From Ignavibacteria bacterium (GTDB lineage: Bacteria; Bacteroidota; Ignavibacteria; Tepidaquicellales; Tepidaquicellaceae), in the NCBI GenBank assembly GCA_016716125.1, contig JADJWZ010000020.1, positions 7,955 to 71,954 on the forward strand: a stretch of DNA of 64,000 nucleotides, given 5' to 3'. Shown piece after piece: positions 54,586 to 63,108 of this stretch. Each line of letters starts with the position of its first letter. The first letter of the stretch is position 1. The notes beneath the pieces are model-generated. The model made no database searches. It worked only from the letters and a program-made list of their open reading frames with translations, and was not told where the DNA came from. Made by a program: the position numbers and the translations under genes.

Positions 54586-55848
54586 ATGGAAGTAATTATC
54601 TTTGAAGACAATAAGAGCGAAAACCTTTTCCCGCTTAATATGTTAAGAGCATCTTTTGACATTAAGTGCGGAACCGGAAGTATAAAGGACAGGATCGTTA
54701 AAATTCTTAACGGTAAGCATGAAGTTTCGCTTTTGTGCAGGGAAACCATTTCAGGATTAATGAAAGAAATTAACAAGGAAAAAGTAAATCAGTTACCGAA
54801 GGACGATGCGCTTTTCTTAAACGGAAGAGTAGTATTCGGAAAGGATTTACTGAACAAAATAATAAAGGAAAAAAAGAAAGATCACATCTATTCTTATAAA
54901 GATGAATTAATTTCCGCATATTTGTCGCCGGATAAAACAAAAATATTTAAAAATTTTTTTGATGAAGCTGGTTCGAAAAATCTGAATTTCAAAGATTATT
55001 TCTGCAGTAATAAATTCACTGAATCCGAAATACCGGAATCCGGTGATATATCTGTATTAAAATATCCCTGGGATGCCATAAAATATTTCCTGCAGGGTGG
55101 ACTCAGCTCCGATCTTGAATTATATTTTCAGACAGATAAGAATCTGAAGAAAGCATATAAGTCGGAATGTTTCATTAACAGCAAAAATATCCTGATCTCG
55201 CCGAAGACAAAAATTTATCCGGACATTGTGCTTGATGCATCTGAAGGAAAAATAGTCATTGAAGAAAACTGCGCGATAGAACCTTTTTGTTTTATAAAGG
55301 GACCGGTATTTATCGGGAGGAATACGCTTGTAAAATCCGGGACAAGGATATACGGACCGTGCAGTATCGGTAAAAATTCAAAAGTCGCGGGTGAAATTGC
55401 AGAATCAATTTTTCATTCATATGTTAATAAACAACATGACGGATTTGCCGGGCATTCTTACATATGTCCTTTTGTAAATCTCGGCGCAGATACGGTTACA
55501 AGCGATCTGAAGAATAACTATTCAAAGATAAGAATGAAAAAAGGGGAAACGGAAACAGATACCGGAATGCAGTTCCTGGGAAGTATACTTGGAGATCATA
55601 CGAAGACATCCATAAACACAATGCTGAACACCGGTACAATCTCAGGAATATTCGCGAATATATTCGGAGGCGGTTTTCCCGATAAAGAGATCGGCTCTTT
55701 TACATGGAATGAAGGCGGAAACAAACCGGTCCGTTATAAACTGGAAAAAGCCGTTGAAACTGCTGTAACAGTAATGTCACGCCGCGGCATCAAACTTAGC
55801 AAATCATACGAAAACCTCGTCAGATACTATTCCGAAAATTCCGGCTGA
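54586..55848 (+). CDS. putative sugar nucleotidyltransferase/acyltransferase with left-handed beta-helix (GlmU-like)
   Basis: 420 aa. The C-terminal half has hexapeptide-repeat character (IGRNTLVKSGTRIYGPCSIGKNSKVAGEI). Resembles the alternative GlmU-like family of FCB bacteria as recalled. Confidence 0.6.
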   Translation: MEVIIFEDNKSENLFPLNMLRASFDIKCGTGSIKDRIVKILNGKHEVSLLCRETISGLMKEINKEKVNQLPKDDALFLNGRVVFGKDLLNKIIKEKKKDHIYSYKDELISAYLSPDKTKIFKNFFDEAGSKNLNFKDYFCSNKFTESEIPESGDISVLKYPWDAIKYFLQGGLSSDLELYFQTDKNLKKAYKSECFINSKNILISPKTKIYPDIVLDASEGKIVIEENCAIEPFCFIKGPVFIGRNTLVKSGTRIYGPCSIGKNSKVAGEIAESIFHSYVNKQHDGFAGHSYICPFVNLGADTVTSDLKNNYSKIRMKKGETETDTGMQFLGSILGDHTKTSINTMLNTGTISGIFANIFGGGFPDKEIGSFTWNEGGNKPVRYKLEKAVETAVTVMSRRGIKLSKSYENLVRYYSENSG

Positions 55849-55855
55849 TGTATTA

Positions 55856-56332
55856 TTAGTCTTTCAGCTTTAATGCCGGAACAATCTCTCCTCTGTGACA
55901 GGTCGTGCAGTTTATTGTGGCCTTCTCTGATTCAATTTCTTTTATGTTACTTATCATTTCTCTAATCTGACCGGACATTTTCATCATTTCTCTTGATATG
56001 TGTTTTGCATTTTTTTCATTTGAAGCCCAGTCGGAAGTATTATGACAATGATCACAGCCTACACCGAGAGCTTTACTGAAACCATGATTCATAATATTCA
56101 GAAGATTTTCAGCAGGGACTCCTTTCAGCATTTGAATATCACTGAAAACGGAATCCGATGACATGCTTTCTTTTCCTTTGATGGATTCTTTTACAATGTT
56201 TACATAATTTTCTTTTTCCGCTTCCAGTGAATCCTTTGGTAAACCGTTTTGATTTAAATGATTACTGTTATTAAAAGAGAAAAAAGCAAATACTGCTGTA
56301 AAGAACAGCAAAGTTAAATAAAATTGTTTCAT
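55856..56332 (-). CDS. dihaem c-type cytochrome (reaction-centre cytochrome c subunit-like family)
   Basis: 158 aa with signal peptide and two CxxCH motifs (CDHCH, CTTCH). Confidence 0.8.
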   Translation of the reverse strand: MKQFYLTLLFFTAVFAFFSFNNSNHLNQNGLPKDSLEAEKENYVNIVKESIKGKESMSSDSVFSDIQMLKGVPAENLLNIMNHGFSKALGVGCDHCHNTSDWASNEKNAKHISREMMKMSGQIREMISNIKEIESEKATINCTTCHRGEIVPALKLKD

Positions 56333-56586
56333 GACGGAAAAATTAAGTTAATGAATAAATATTATTTAAGCGCTTTAAAATAAAAATATTTATTCATTTT
56401 TAAAAAGGGATATTTAATAACAGTATCCAATTGACTTTTTAAGCTGACTCCGTAAAACACGATTTAACTTTCTGATATTTCATTCAGAGATTAATTACAT
56501 AAAAACTGAGAAAATAAAAATAAACCTTATATGTTCATTGAAAAAGCAGCATAAAAAAGGTAATTTAAAAGTCTTAAAAAATTGAA

Positions 56587-56660
56587 GGGCGGTTAGCTCA
56601 GTTGGTTAGAGCGCTACGTTGACATCGTAGAGGTCATTGGTTCGAATCCATTACCGCCCA
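56587..56660 (+). tRNA. tRNA-Val (anticodon GAC)
   Basis: 74-nt cloverleaf folded by hand. Acceptor gggcggt/accgccc; D arm gctc/gagc; anticodon stem ctacg/cgtag with loop ttGACat; T loop ggttcgaatcc. One U-U mismatch in the T stem. CCA is not encoded. Confidence 0.9.
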
Positions 56661-56668
56661 CTGAATCA

Positions 56669-56698
56669 ATTACAAATTACGAATTACGAATTACGAAT
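56669..56698 (+). repeat. heptanucleotide array ATTACAA + 3 x ATTACGA
   Basis: attacaa attacga attacga attacga at, starting 9 nt after the tRNA-Val 3' end. Confidence 0.85.
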
Positions 56699-56751
56699 AG
56701 GATGTTTTTAGTTCGTGAGGTTTATTTTTATATTTTAAATTTTATTTAAGT

Positions 56752-58683
56752 TTGTCAGAAAAAATTAAAATAACGTTTCCGGATAATTCGGTTAAAGAAT
56801 TTGATAAAGGCGTGTCAGCTTATGAAATAGCTGAATCTATTAGCAAAAGACTTGCCGATGAAATTCTTGCAGCTGAAATAAACGGTTCGATGAAAGATGT
56901 TACTTCAGTTCTGAATGAGGATTCAAAAGTTGTATTTCACAAATTTGATTCTGAAAAAGGGAAAGAAGTTTTCTGGCATACTACTTCTCATATGATGGCT
57001 CAGGCTGTGGAGGAACTATTTCCAGGCGCGAGATTCGGCGTCGGACCTCCTATCGAAAGCGGATTTTATTATGATATAGATTCAGACAGGAAGTTTACCG
57101 AAGAAGATCTTAAAAAGATAGAAGACCGGATACTTGAAATTTCCAAAAGAGGATTGAAACCCGAGAGGAAAGATCTTAAAAGAACTGATGCTATAAAGTT
57201 TTTTCAATCAGAGAGAGTGGATCCTTATAAAGTTGAGATCTTAGAGACCATTGCAAAAGACGAAGAAAATGTTTCGCTGTATTCGCAGGGAGAATTTACC
57301 GATCTTTGCAGAGGTCCGCATCTTCCCTCGACTGAAAAAGTAAAGTCTGTAAAACTGCTTTCAGTTTCAGGTTCTTACTGGCGCGGCGACGAGCACCGTC
57401 AGATGCTTCAGCGTATTTACGGGATTTCATTTCCAAAACAGAAAGAACTTGATGAATATCTTAAAAATCTTGAGGAAGCCAAGAAACGTGACCATAAAAA
57501 GCTCGGAAAGGAACTTGACCTTTTTTCATTTCACGAAGAGGGTCCGGGTTTTCCATTCTGGCATAATAACGGAATGATACTTCTTAATAATCTAAAGGAA
57601 TATCTGCGTTCAAAACTTGTCGAACTGAATTATCAGGAAATAAATACTCCGATCATTCTCAATCAGAAACTATGGCTTCAGTCAGGTCACTATGATAATT
57701 ATAAAGAAAACATGTACTTCACTGATATTGACGAAAGGGATTTTGCAGTAAAGCCGATGAATTGTCCCGGAAGCACTTTGGTTTATAAAACCGGTATGAA
57801 GTCATACAGGGATCTGCCTCTGAGATTATATGAATTCGGACTTGTACACAGACATGAGTTATCAGGAGTGCTCAACGGACTTTTCAGAGTGAGAAGTTTT
57901 ACGCAGGATGACGCTCATATATTCTGCACTCCGGAACAGATCGAAGAAGAAGTAACTGTTCTGATTAAATTAGTATTTGATGTTTACAATACATTTGGAT
58001 TTGAAGATGTTCAGGTTTATTTATCCACTCGACCGGAAAAGTATATTGGTTCTCCGGAAGTCTGGGATAATTCCGAAAAAGCTCTTGCAACTGCTCTTGA
58101 CAAAGCTGAGATAAAATATAAAGTCAATGAAGGCGACGGTGCTTTTTACGGACCGAAGATAGATTTTGTAGTTAAGGACAGTCTGCGCAGGAACTGGCAG
58201 CTTGGCACTATACAGCTAGATTTTTCAATGCCGGAAAGATTCGGACTTGAATACACCGGCAGCGACGGTAACTCACACCGACCGGTAATGATACACAGAG
58301 CCGTATTTGGTTCTTTTGAAAGATTTGTCGGTGTATTGACTGAGCATTACGGAGGATTTTTTCCCATATGGTTAGCGCCGGTGCAGGTAAGTATTCTCCC
58401 TATTGCCGATGCACATTTTGAATATGCAGCTCAGCTTGAAAAAAGATTAAGGACTGAAGGTTTCAGAGTTAATACTGACTTAAGGAATGAAAAGATTGGA
58501 TTTAAGATCAGGGAATCAGAAAACAGGAAGATCCCTTATATGATAGTAATAGGTGATAAGGAAACAGACAGCGGGAATCTTTCTGTCAGGGAACATAAAA
58601 AGGGTGATATCGGAAAATTTGAATTGAATGAGTTCATAGAAAAACTTAAATTGCAAGTCCGGGAAAAAGCCGGATACAATTAA
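56752..58683 (+). CDS. thrS: threonine--tRNA ligase
   Basis: 643 aa. TGS-like N-terminus, class II motifs (FRVRSFTQDDAHIF, GAFYGPKID), and an anticodon-binding C-terminus. TTG start. Confidence 0.95.
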   Translation: MSEKIKITFPDNSVKEFDKGVSAYEIAESISKRLADEILAAEINGSMKDVTSVLNEDSKVVFHKFDSEKGKEVFWHTTSHMMAQAVEELFPGARFGVGPPIESGFYYDIDSDRKFTEEDLKKIEDRILEISKRGLKPERKDLKRTDAIKFFQSERVDPYKVEILETIAKDEENVSLYSQGEFTDLCRGPHLPSTEKVKSVKLLSVSGSYWRGDEHRQMLQRIYGISFPKQKELDEYLKNLEEAKKRDHKKLGKELDLFSFHEEGPGFPFWHNNGMILLNNLKEYLRSKLVELNYQEINTPIILNQKLWLQSGHYDNYKENMYFTDIDERDFAVKPMNCPGSTLVYKTGMKSYRDLPLRLYEFGLVHRHELSGVLNGLFRVRSFTQDDAHIFCTPEQIEEEVTVLIKLVFDVYNTFGFEDVQVYLSTRPEKYIGSPEVWDNSEKALATALDKAEIKYKVNEGDGAFYGPKIDFVVKDSLRRNWQLGTIQLDFSMPERFGLEYTGSDGNSHRPVMIHRAVFGSFERFVGVLTEHYGGFFPIWLAPVQVSILPIADAHFEYAAQLEKRLRTEGFRVNTDLRNEKIGFKIRESENRKIPYMIVIGDKETDSGNLSVREHKKGDIGKFELNEFIEKLKLQVREKAGYN

Positions 58684-58723
58684 TTCAGCGATAAAACCGG
58701 TTTATAAATTCAAACTATAGTTT

Positions 58724-59332
58724 ATTAAAAATAAAAAATACAAAGAGAGAGTAAACGATCAGATTCGCGCTCCGCAGATCAGGGTATTGGATGATGAGGG
58801 TAACGCACTCGGAATAATGACAAATACGGAAGCTCTGAGGATTGCAATATCAAGAGGAATGGATCTTGTTGAGATTTCTTCAGCTTCAAAACCTCCAGTT
58901 TGTAAAATAGTCGATTACGGTAAATTCAACTACGAAAGACAAAAAAAGGAAAAACTGGCGAAGAAGAATCAGCATGTGATGAATATAAAGGAGATTCGTT
59001 TCAATCCTAATACAGACACGCATGATATTGATTTTAAGACAAAGCATTTAAGGCAGTTTTTATTTGAAGGTCACAAAGTAAAAGCGTATGTAATGTTTAA
59101 GGGAAGGATGATCACTCATCCGGAGATCGGTAAAAAACTGATGGACGATATAATTGAGAAACTGGGAAATGTTGCAAAGCTTGAGTCCCCGCCGAGGATG
59201 GAAGGAAAGCAATTATTTGCATATTTTTTACCTGACAAAGCGAGGATACAGATTTACAAGGATAGTCTTGCAAAAGAAAAAAGGCTGAAAATTCAGAAAA
59301 GAAAAATCAAAAAGATACAAAAGAAATTTTAG
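58724..59332 (+). CDS. infC: translation initiation factor IF-3, probable ATT start
   Basis: The open frame upstream of the TTG at 58787 encodes KNKKYKERVNDQIRAPQIRVLDDEG, the conserved IF-3 N-terminus. The only plausible initiator there is ATT (58724), following an in-frame TAG at 58718. Confidence 0.85.
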   Translation: MKNKKYKERVNDQIRAPQIRVLDDEGNALGIMTNTEALRIAISRGMDLVEISSASKPPVCKIVDYGKFNYERQKKEKLAKKNQHVMNIKEIRFNPNTDTHDIDFKTKHLRQFLFEGHKVKAYVMFKGRMITHPEIGKKLMDDIIEKLGNVAKLESPPRMEGKQLFAYFLPDKARIQIYKDSLAKEKRLKIQKRKIKKIQKKF

Positions 59333-59401
59333 ATAAAGAAAAAAAAGCTGATAATACCGATGGTATTACAGAAGGTAAAAATCAAACAGACACAAAAGAA
59401 G

Positions 59402-59596
59402 ATGCCTAAAATGAAATCAAACAGAGCCGCTAAGAAGAGATTTAAAGTTACCGGCACCGGCAAAGTAAAGAGGGAAAAAGCTTACAGAAGCCATATTCTC
59501 ACAAAGAAATCAAACAAAAGAAAGAGACAGCTTGGTAAAGCTACTTTGGTATCAGAGCAGGAAACAAGAACTGTTAAAAGAATGATACAAGCTTAA
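59402..59596 (+). CDS. rpmI: 50S ribosomal protein L35
   Basis: [24 protein letters not shown] is the canonical L35 N-terminus. The longer ORF from 59360 adds a non-conserved leader. Confidence 0.9.
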   Translation: MPKMKSNRAAKKRFKVTGTGKVKREKAYRSHILTKKSNKRKRQLGKATLVSEQETRTVKRMIQA

Positions 59597-59630
59597 ACAA
59601 TTTTTAAACTAATTTTTTAATGGAGAAAAA

Positions 59631-59978
59631 ATGCCGCGTTCAAAAAATAAAGTAGCGTCACACAGAAGAAGAAAGAGAATTTTAGATGAAGCAAAAGGTT
59701 ATTACGGAGCCAGAAGCAAAGTGTATACGGCTGCAAAAAATGCCGTTGAAAAAGGACTTACTCACGCTTATACAGACAGAAGATTAAAAAAGAGAGAATA
59801 CAGAAGTCTGTGGATCACAAGGATCAATGCAGCAGCAAGACTGAATGATACTACATATTCAAAGCTTATCAATGCTTTAAATAAAAAGAATATTGATATA
59901 AGCAGAAAAATGCTTGCAGACCTTGCCTACGGTAATTCAGAGGCATTTACTGAAGTTGTAAAATTCGCCTTAAAATAA
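59631..59978 (+). CDS. rplT: 50S ribosomal protein L20
   Basis: MPRSKNKVASHRRRKRIL..GYYGARS..WITRINAAAR. Confidence 0.95.
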   Translation: MPRSKNKVASHRRRKRILDEAKGYYGARSKVYTAAKNAVEKGLTHAYTDRRLKKREYRSLWITRINAAARLNDTTYSKLINALNKKNIDISRKMLADLAYGNSEAFTEVVKFALK

Positions 59979-60007
59979 ATTATACCGGTTAATTATTTAG
60001 AAAAATA

Positions 60008-60036
60008 AGGCGGATGCAAATTCGCCTATTTTCGTT
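60008..60036 (+). terminator. possible weak intrinsic terminator after rplT
   Basis: aggcg-gatgcaaatt-cgcct followed by attttcgttt. The stem is short, so this is tentative. Confidence 0.4.
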
Positions 60037-60063
60037 TCAGAAAGTTTAAACACTTTGCTTACG

Positions 60064-61089
60064 ATGTTAGAAAAGATCGAAACTCTTAAAACAGAATCGC
60101 TTGCCGAATCGGAAAACATTAACTCCGAAAAATCACTTGAAGAATACCGTTTAAAATATCTTAGCCGCAACGGAATTCTAAACAGTCTCTTTGAGGATTT
60201 CAAAAAAGTAGATAAAGAATCTAAAGGCGCTACCGGTAAATCCCTGAATGATCTGAAAGTATCGATCCAAAAAATTTATGATGACAAAAAAGCAAATCTG
60301 GTAACTGATAATAAAGCCGGAGATGATACCACTGACATTACGCTTCCCGGACGGACATTCAACAAAGGAACAAAACATCTGATCAACCAGGCGCTCGAAG
60401 AAATTTCGGGAATATTTGAAAAGATCGGATTTAAAGTCTATGAAGGATTTGAGATCGAGGATGAATATCATAATTTCGATGCGCTGAATACACCTGATCA
60501 TCATCCTTCCAGGGATATGCAGGATACTTTTTATATTGACAGTAAAGGAAAGGACAGAAAATATTTATTAAGGACGCAGACTTCATCGGCGCAGATAAGA
60601 ATAATGGAAAAGATAAAGCCGCCGGTAAGGATAATTTCGCCCGGAAGAGTTTTCAGAAATGAAGATGTAAGTTCAAGAAGTCTTGCATTTTTTCATCAGG
60701 TAGAAGGTCTTTATGTTGACAGAAATGTTACATTCAGTGAACTCAAAGGTACACTAAATTATTTTGCGCGGGAATATTTCGGAGATTCGCTTAAGACGAG
60801 ACTACGGCCGTCATTTTTTCCTTTTACAGAACCGTCTGCTGAAATGGATGTAGAATGTTTTCTCTGCAAAAGCAAAGGCTGCAGAGTCTGCAAATATACA
60901 GGCTGGCTTGAGATACTCGGCTGCGGGATGGTGGATCCGAATGTTTTTAAATCAGTAGGTTATGATCCGGAAATTTACAGCGGATATGCATTCGGAATGG
61001 GAATAGAGAGAACACTTATGATAAAACACGGCGTTCCTGATATCAGACTATTTTATGAAAACGATATCAGATTTTTAAAACAATTTTAA
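60064..61089 (+). CDS. pheS: phenylalanine--tRNA ligase alpha subunit
   Basis: Class II motifs RVFRNEDVSSRSLAFFHQVEG and YAFGMGIERT. The ATG at 60064 is preferred over the TTG at 60055. Confidence 0.93.
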   Translation: MLEKIETLKTESLAESENINSEKSLEEYRLKYLSRNGILNSLFEDFKKVDKESKGATGKSLNDLKVSIQKIYDDKKANLVTDNKAGDDTTDITLPGRTFNKGTKHLINQALEEISGIFEKIGFKVYEGFEIEDEYHNFDALNTPDHHPSRDMQDTFYIDSKGKDRKYLLRTQTSSAQIRIMEKIKPPVRIISPGRVFRNEDVSSRSLAFFHQVEGLYVDRNVTFSELKGTLNYFAREYFGDSLKTRLRPSFFPFTEPSAEMDVECFLCKSKGCRVCKYTGWLEILGCGMVDPNVFKSVGYDPEIYSGYAFGMGIERTLMIKHGVPDIRLFYENDIRFLKQF

Positions 61090-61127
61090 ATAAACATTAT
61101 TTATATATTTAAACCAAGGAGAGATAA

Positions 61128-61856
61128 ATGTTAAAAAGCAAAATAGCGATGTATTTTTCTGTTCTAGTCTTAACAGTGATTTTAATATCATGCGAAGAAA
61201 AAACGGAAACATCCAAAACAGAAACAAAGACTGAAATTAAAAAAGAAACAAACACAACAACAGAAACAAAAATTGTTGAAAAATCAGACAGCGCAACCAC
61301 AAACACGAATTCAGAAACTAAAACCACAGAAAAAATGGACTCAACATCTCAGAAAACAGAAACAGCAGGTATAGAAGAAAAAACAACAGACGGTGATTAC
61401 GTAATAATGGAAACTACGATGGGAAAGATCAAGATTAAACTTTACACCAAAGAAGCGCCTTTAACAACGGCAAATTTCAAAAAGCTTGTAAATGAAAAAT
61501 ATTATGACGGAATAATTTTCCACAGAGTCATTGACGGATTCATGATTCAGGGCGGAGATCCGACAGGAACGGGATCGGGCGGTTCCAAGGAAACGATCAA
61601 AGATGAATTTGGCGTGGGATTAAAGCACAGCAAAAAAGGAATTCTATCGATGGCAAACAGAGGACCGAACACAGGTTCGTCACAGTTCTTTATCACATTA
61701 GCTCCGACAGACTGGCTTGACGGAAAGCATGCTATATTCGGTGAAGTAGTGGAAGGTATGGATGTAGTAGACAAAATCGGTAAAGTTAAAACCGGACCTA
61801 ATGACAAACCGGTAACTGACGTAAAAATGACAAAGGTTACATTGTCTTCTAAGTAA
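61128..61856 (+). CDS. cyclophilin-type peptidyl-prolyl cis-trans isomerase, lipoprotein with T/E/K-rich linker
   Basis: Lipobox VILISC. About 70-aa T/E/K low-complexity linker. Cyclophilin core FHRVIDGFMIQGGDP and GPNTGSSQFFI. Confidence 0.9.
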   Translation: MLKSKIAMYFSVLVLTVILISCEEKTETSKTETKTEIKKETNTTTETKIVEKSDSATTNTNSETKTTEKMDSTSQKTETAGIEEKTTDGDYVIMETTMGKIKIKLYTKEAPLTTANFKKLVNEKYYDGIIFHRVIDGFMIQGGDPTGTGSGGSKETIKDEFGVGLKHSKKGILSMANRGPNTGSSQFFITLAPTDWLDGKHAIFGEVVEGMDVVDKIGKVKTGPNDKPVTDVKMTKVTLSSK

Positions 61857-61885
61857 TTTATTAAAATTAAATAAGTTTTAAAAAG

Positions 61886-61922
61886 AGCCGTTTCATTTTA
61901 ATAATGAGACGGCTTTTTTTTT
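61886..61922 (+). terminator. rho-independent terminator
   Basis: agccgtttcat-tttaata-atgagacggct (one mismatch) followed by T8. Confidence 0.85.
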
Positions 61923-62071
61923 ACCACAAAAGCGGAGAGCTTTGCCTCGAAGACTTGAAGGAAAAACTTTTTATTACCGTACTGACAGAGTCACGATTAC
62001 TTGATTTTAAATCGCTTTTGAAAAACATACGAATTCTTAAACACTTCTGAAGCATATACTAATAAAATTTT

Positions 62072-62103
62072 GTCATTCCTGCGCATGCGGGAGAATCCAT
62101 GCC
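62072..62103. repeat. REP-like hairpin element, divergent copy
   Basis: gtcattcctgcgcatgcgggagaatccatgcc. Shares the gtcattcctgcg...gaatcc frame with the 11091 and 13924 copies. Confidence 0.7.
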
Positions 62104-62154
62104 GGAGAGTCTGAACCTTGCTTAAAGGATTAAAGGATTACTTGAATGAGATCT

Positions 62155-62191
62155 AAAAAACTCCGGAAGATTAAGAGACTTCCGAAGTTTT
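62155..62191 (-). terminator. rho-independent terminator (minus strand)
   Basis: The minus strand reads cttcggaag-tctcttaat-cttccggag, then tttttt. Lies 50 nt after the stop of 62242..62997. Confidence 0.8.
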
Positions 62192-62241
62192 AGAATTTAA
62201 AATTTATTATTTACAATTAGATAGCTCCGCCCGCTGCCGGA

Positions 62242-62997
62242 TTATTTGAGCAGCATCATTTTCTTCGACTGAAAAAAGCTTCCCGCTTCCAGTCTGTAAT
62301 AATATATCCCGCTTGCAAAACCGCTGCCGTTAAATTCAGCGGAGTATGATCCCGCATTTTTAAACTCATTCACTATATCTTTTACCTTCTGACCGAGTGA
62401 GTTGTAAACTGATATCTTTACTATTCCTTCCAGCGGCAGTGTGTAGAATATTTTTGTAGATGGATTGAATGGATTCGGGTAATTGTTTATGGAATAATTC
62501 AATGGCAACTCAGTATTTTCTTCATTCGCCAATACCCCTCTCGGTCCAATCTCTCCGACACATAACGGACAGACATATGCCGGATATGCAATAGTATCGG
62601 ATGGTAAAGATACTTTATTAGAATTATCCACAGCTACTACATAATAAAAAAGATTATCCGGCGGAGGATCAGATGGATCGTAATTTGAATAAAGAAATCT
62701 TTCTATAGTGTCTATGTAACTATCTGCTGTAGTGCTGTCGAACAGATAATAATGATAAGTAACCCAGTTCATTTTATAAATTCTGTATTTTTGAAAATCC
62801 CTGTCACCTCTGTTAAAAAGCAGCAGCTTCGGATGATAGATTGTATCCTGCTGGACATAATCTTTAAACAGATATGCAGGTGGAGGGACGGCGTCTGTGT
62901 CGGAGGCGTTTATTCTTACAAGCTGCTCAATTTCATTTGGAGGATCATACTCTGTTAATTCCTGTACATCACCAAAATTAGAATACAACACTGCCAA
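62242..62997 (-). CDS. T9SS C-terminal sorting domain ORF lacking a signal peptide (probable 5'-truncated cargo gene)
   Basis: C-terminus NNYPNPFNPSTKIFYTL...GIYYYRL...MMLLK. The N-terminus MAVLYSNFGDV is not signal-like. The frame stays open a further 16 codons upstream to a TAA without any better start. Confidence 0.7.
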   Translation of the reverse strand: MAVLYSNFGDVQELTEYDPPNEIEQLVRINASDTDAVPPPAYLFKDYVQQDTIYHPKLLLFNRGDRDFQKYRIYKMNWVTYHYYLFDSTTADSYIDTIERFLYSNYDPSDPPPDNLFYYVVAVDNSNKVSLPSDTIAYPAYVCPLCVGEIGPRGVLANEENTELPLNYSINNYPNPFNPSTKIFYTLPLEGIVKISVYNSLGQKVKDIVNEFKNAGSYSAEFNGSGFASGIYYYRLEAGSFFQSKKMMLLK

Positions 62998-63108
62998 TCC
63001 TCCTTTGTTATAAACATCTGCGACAACAGTCTTTTATTAAATTTTTCCTGCCGTGAATTAACACGGCAGGTCTCTTTAAAGCATATAGTTTTTATTTTTT
63101 TCATATTC

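Noticed and set aside
56587-56700. tRNA-Val as an integration site for a genomic island or prophage
   Set aside because: There is no integrase, no phage or conjugation genes, and no direct repeat of the tRNA 3' end anywhere in the window. The downstream genes are the universally conserved thrS-infC-rpmI-rplT-pheS block.
56400-56751. T-box or other known leader upstream of thrS, and an L20-type leader upstream of infC
   Set aside because: I could not trace a specifier-loop/T-box consensus or an L20-binding pseudoknot by eye. The region is very AT-rich, and thrS lies just downstream of the tRNA and heptamer array. An Infernal scan would be needed to make any claim.
59360-59401. Longer 78-aa form of L35 starting at 59360
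   Set aside because: L35 proteins start MPKMK…. The ATG at 59402 gives the canonical 64-aa protein. The upstream 14 codons are lysine-rich spacer sequence.
63048-63071. Hairpin cctgccgtg-aattaa-cacggcagg as a rho-independent terminator for 63109..63843
   Set aside because: The stem is good, but neither strand has a following T-run. It is kept only as a note inside the truncated-cargo finding.
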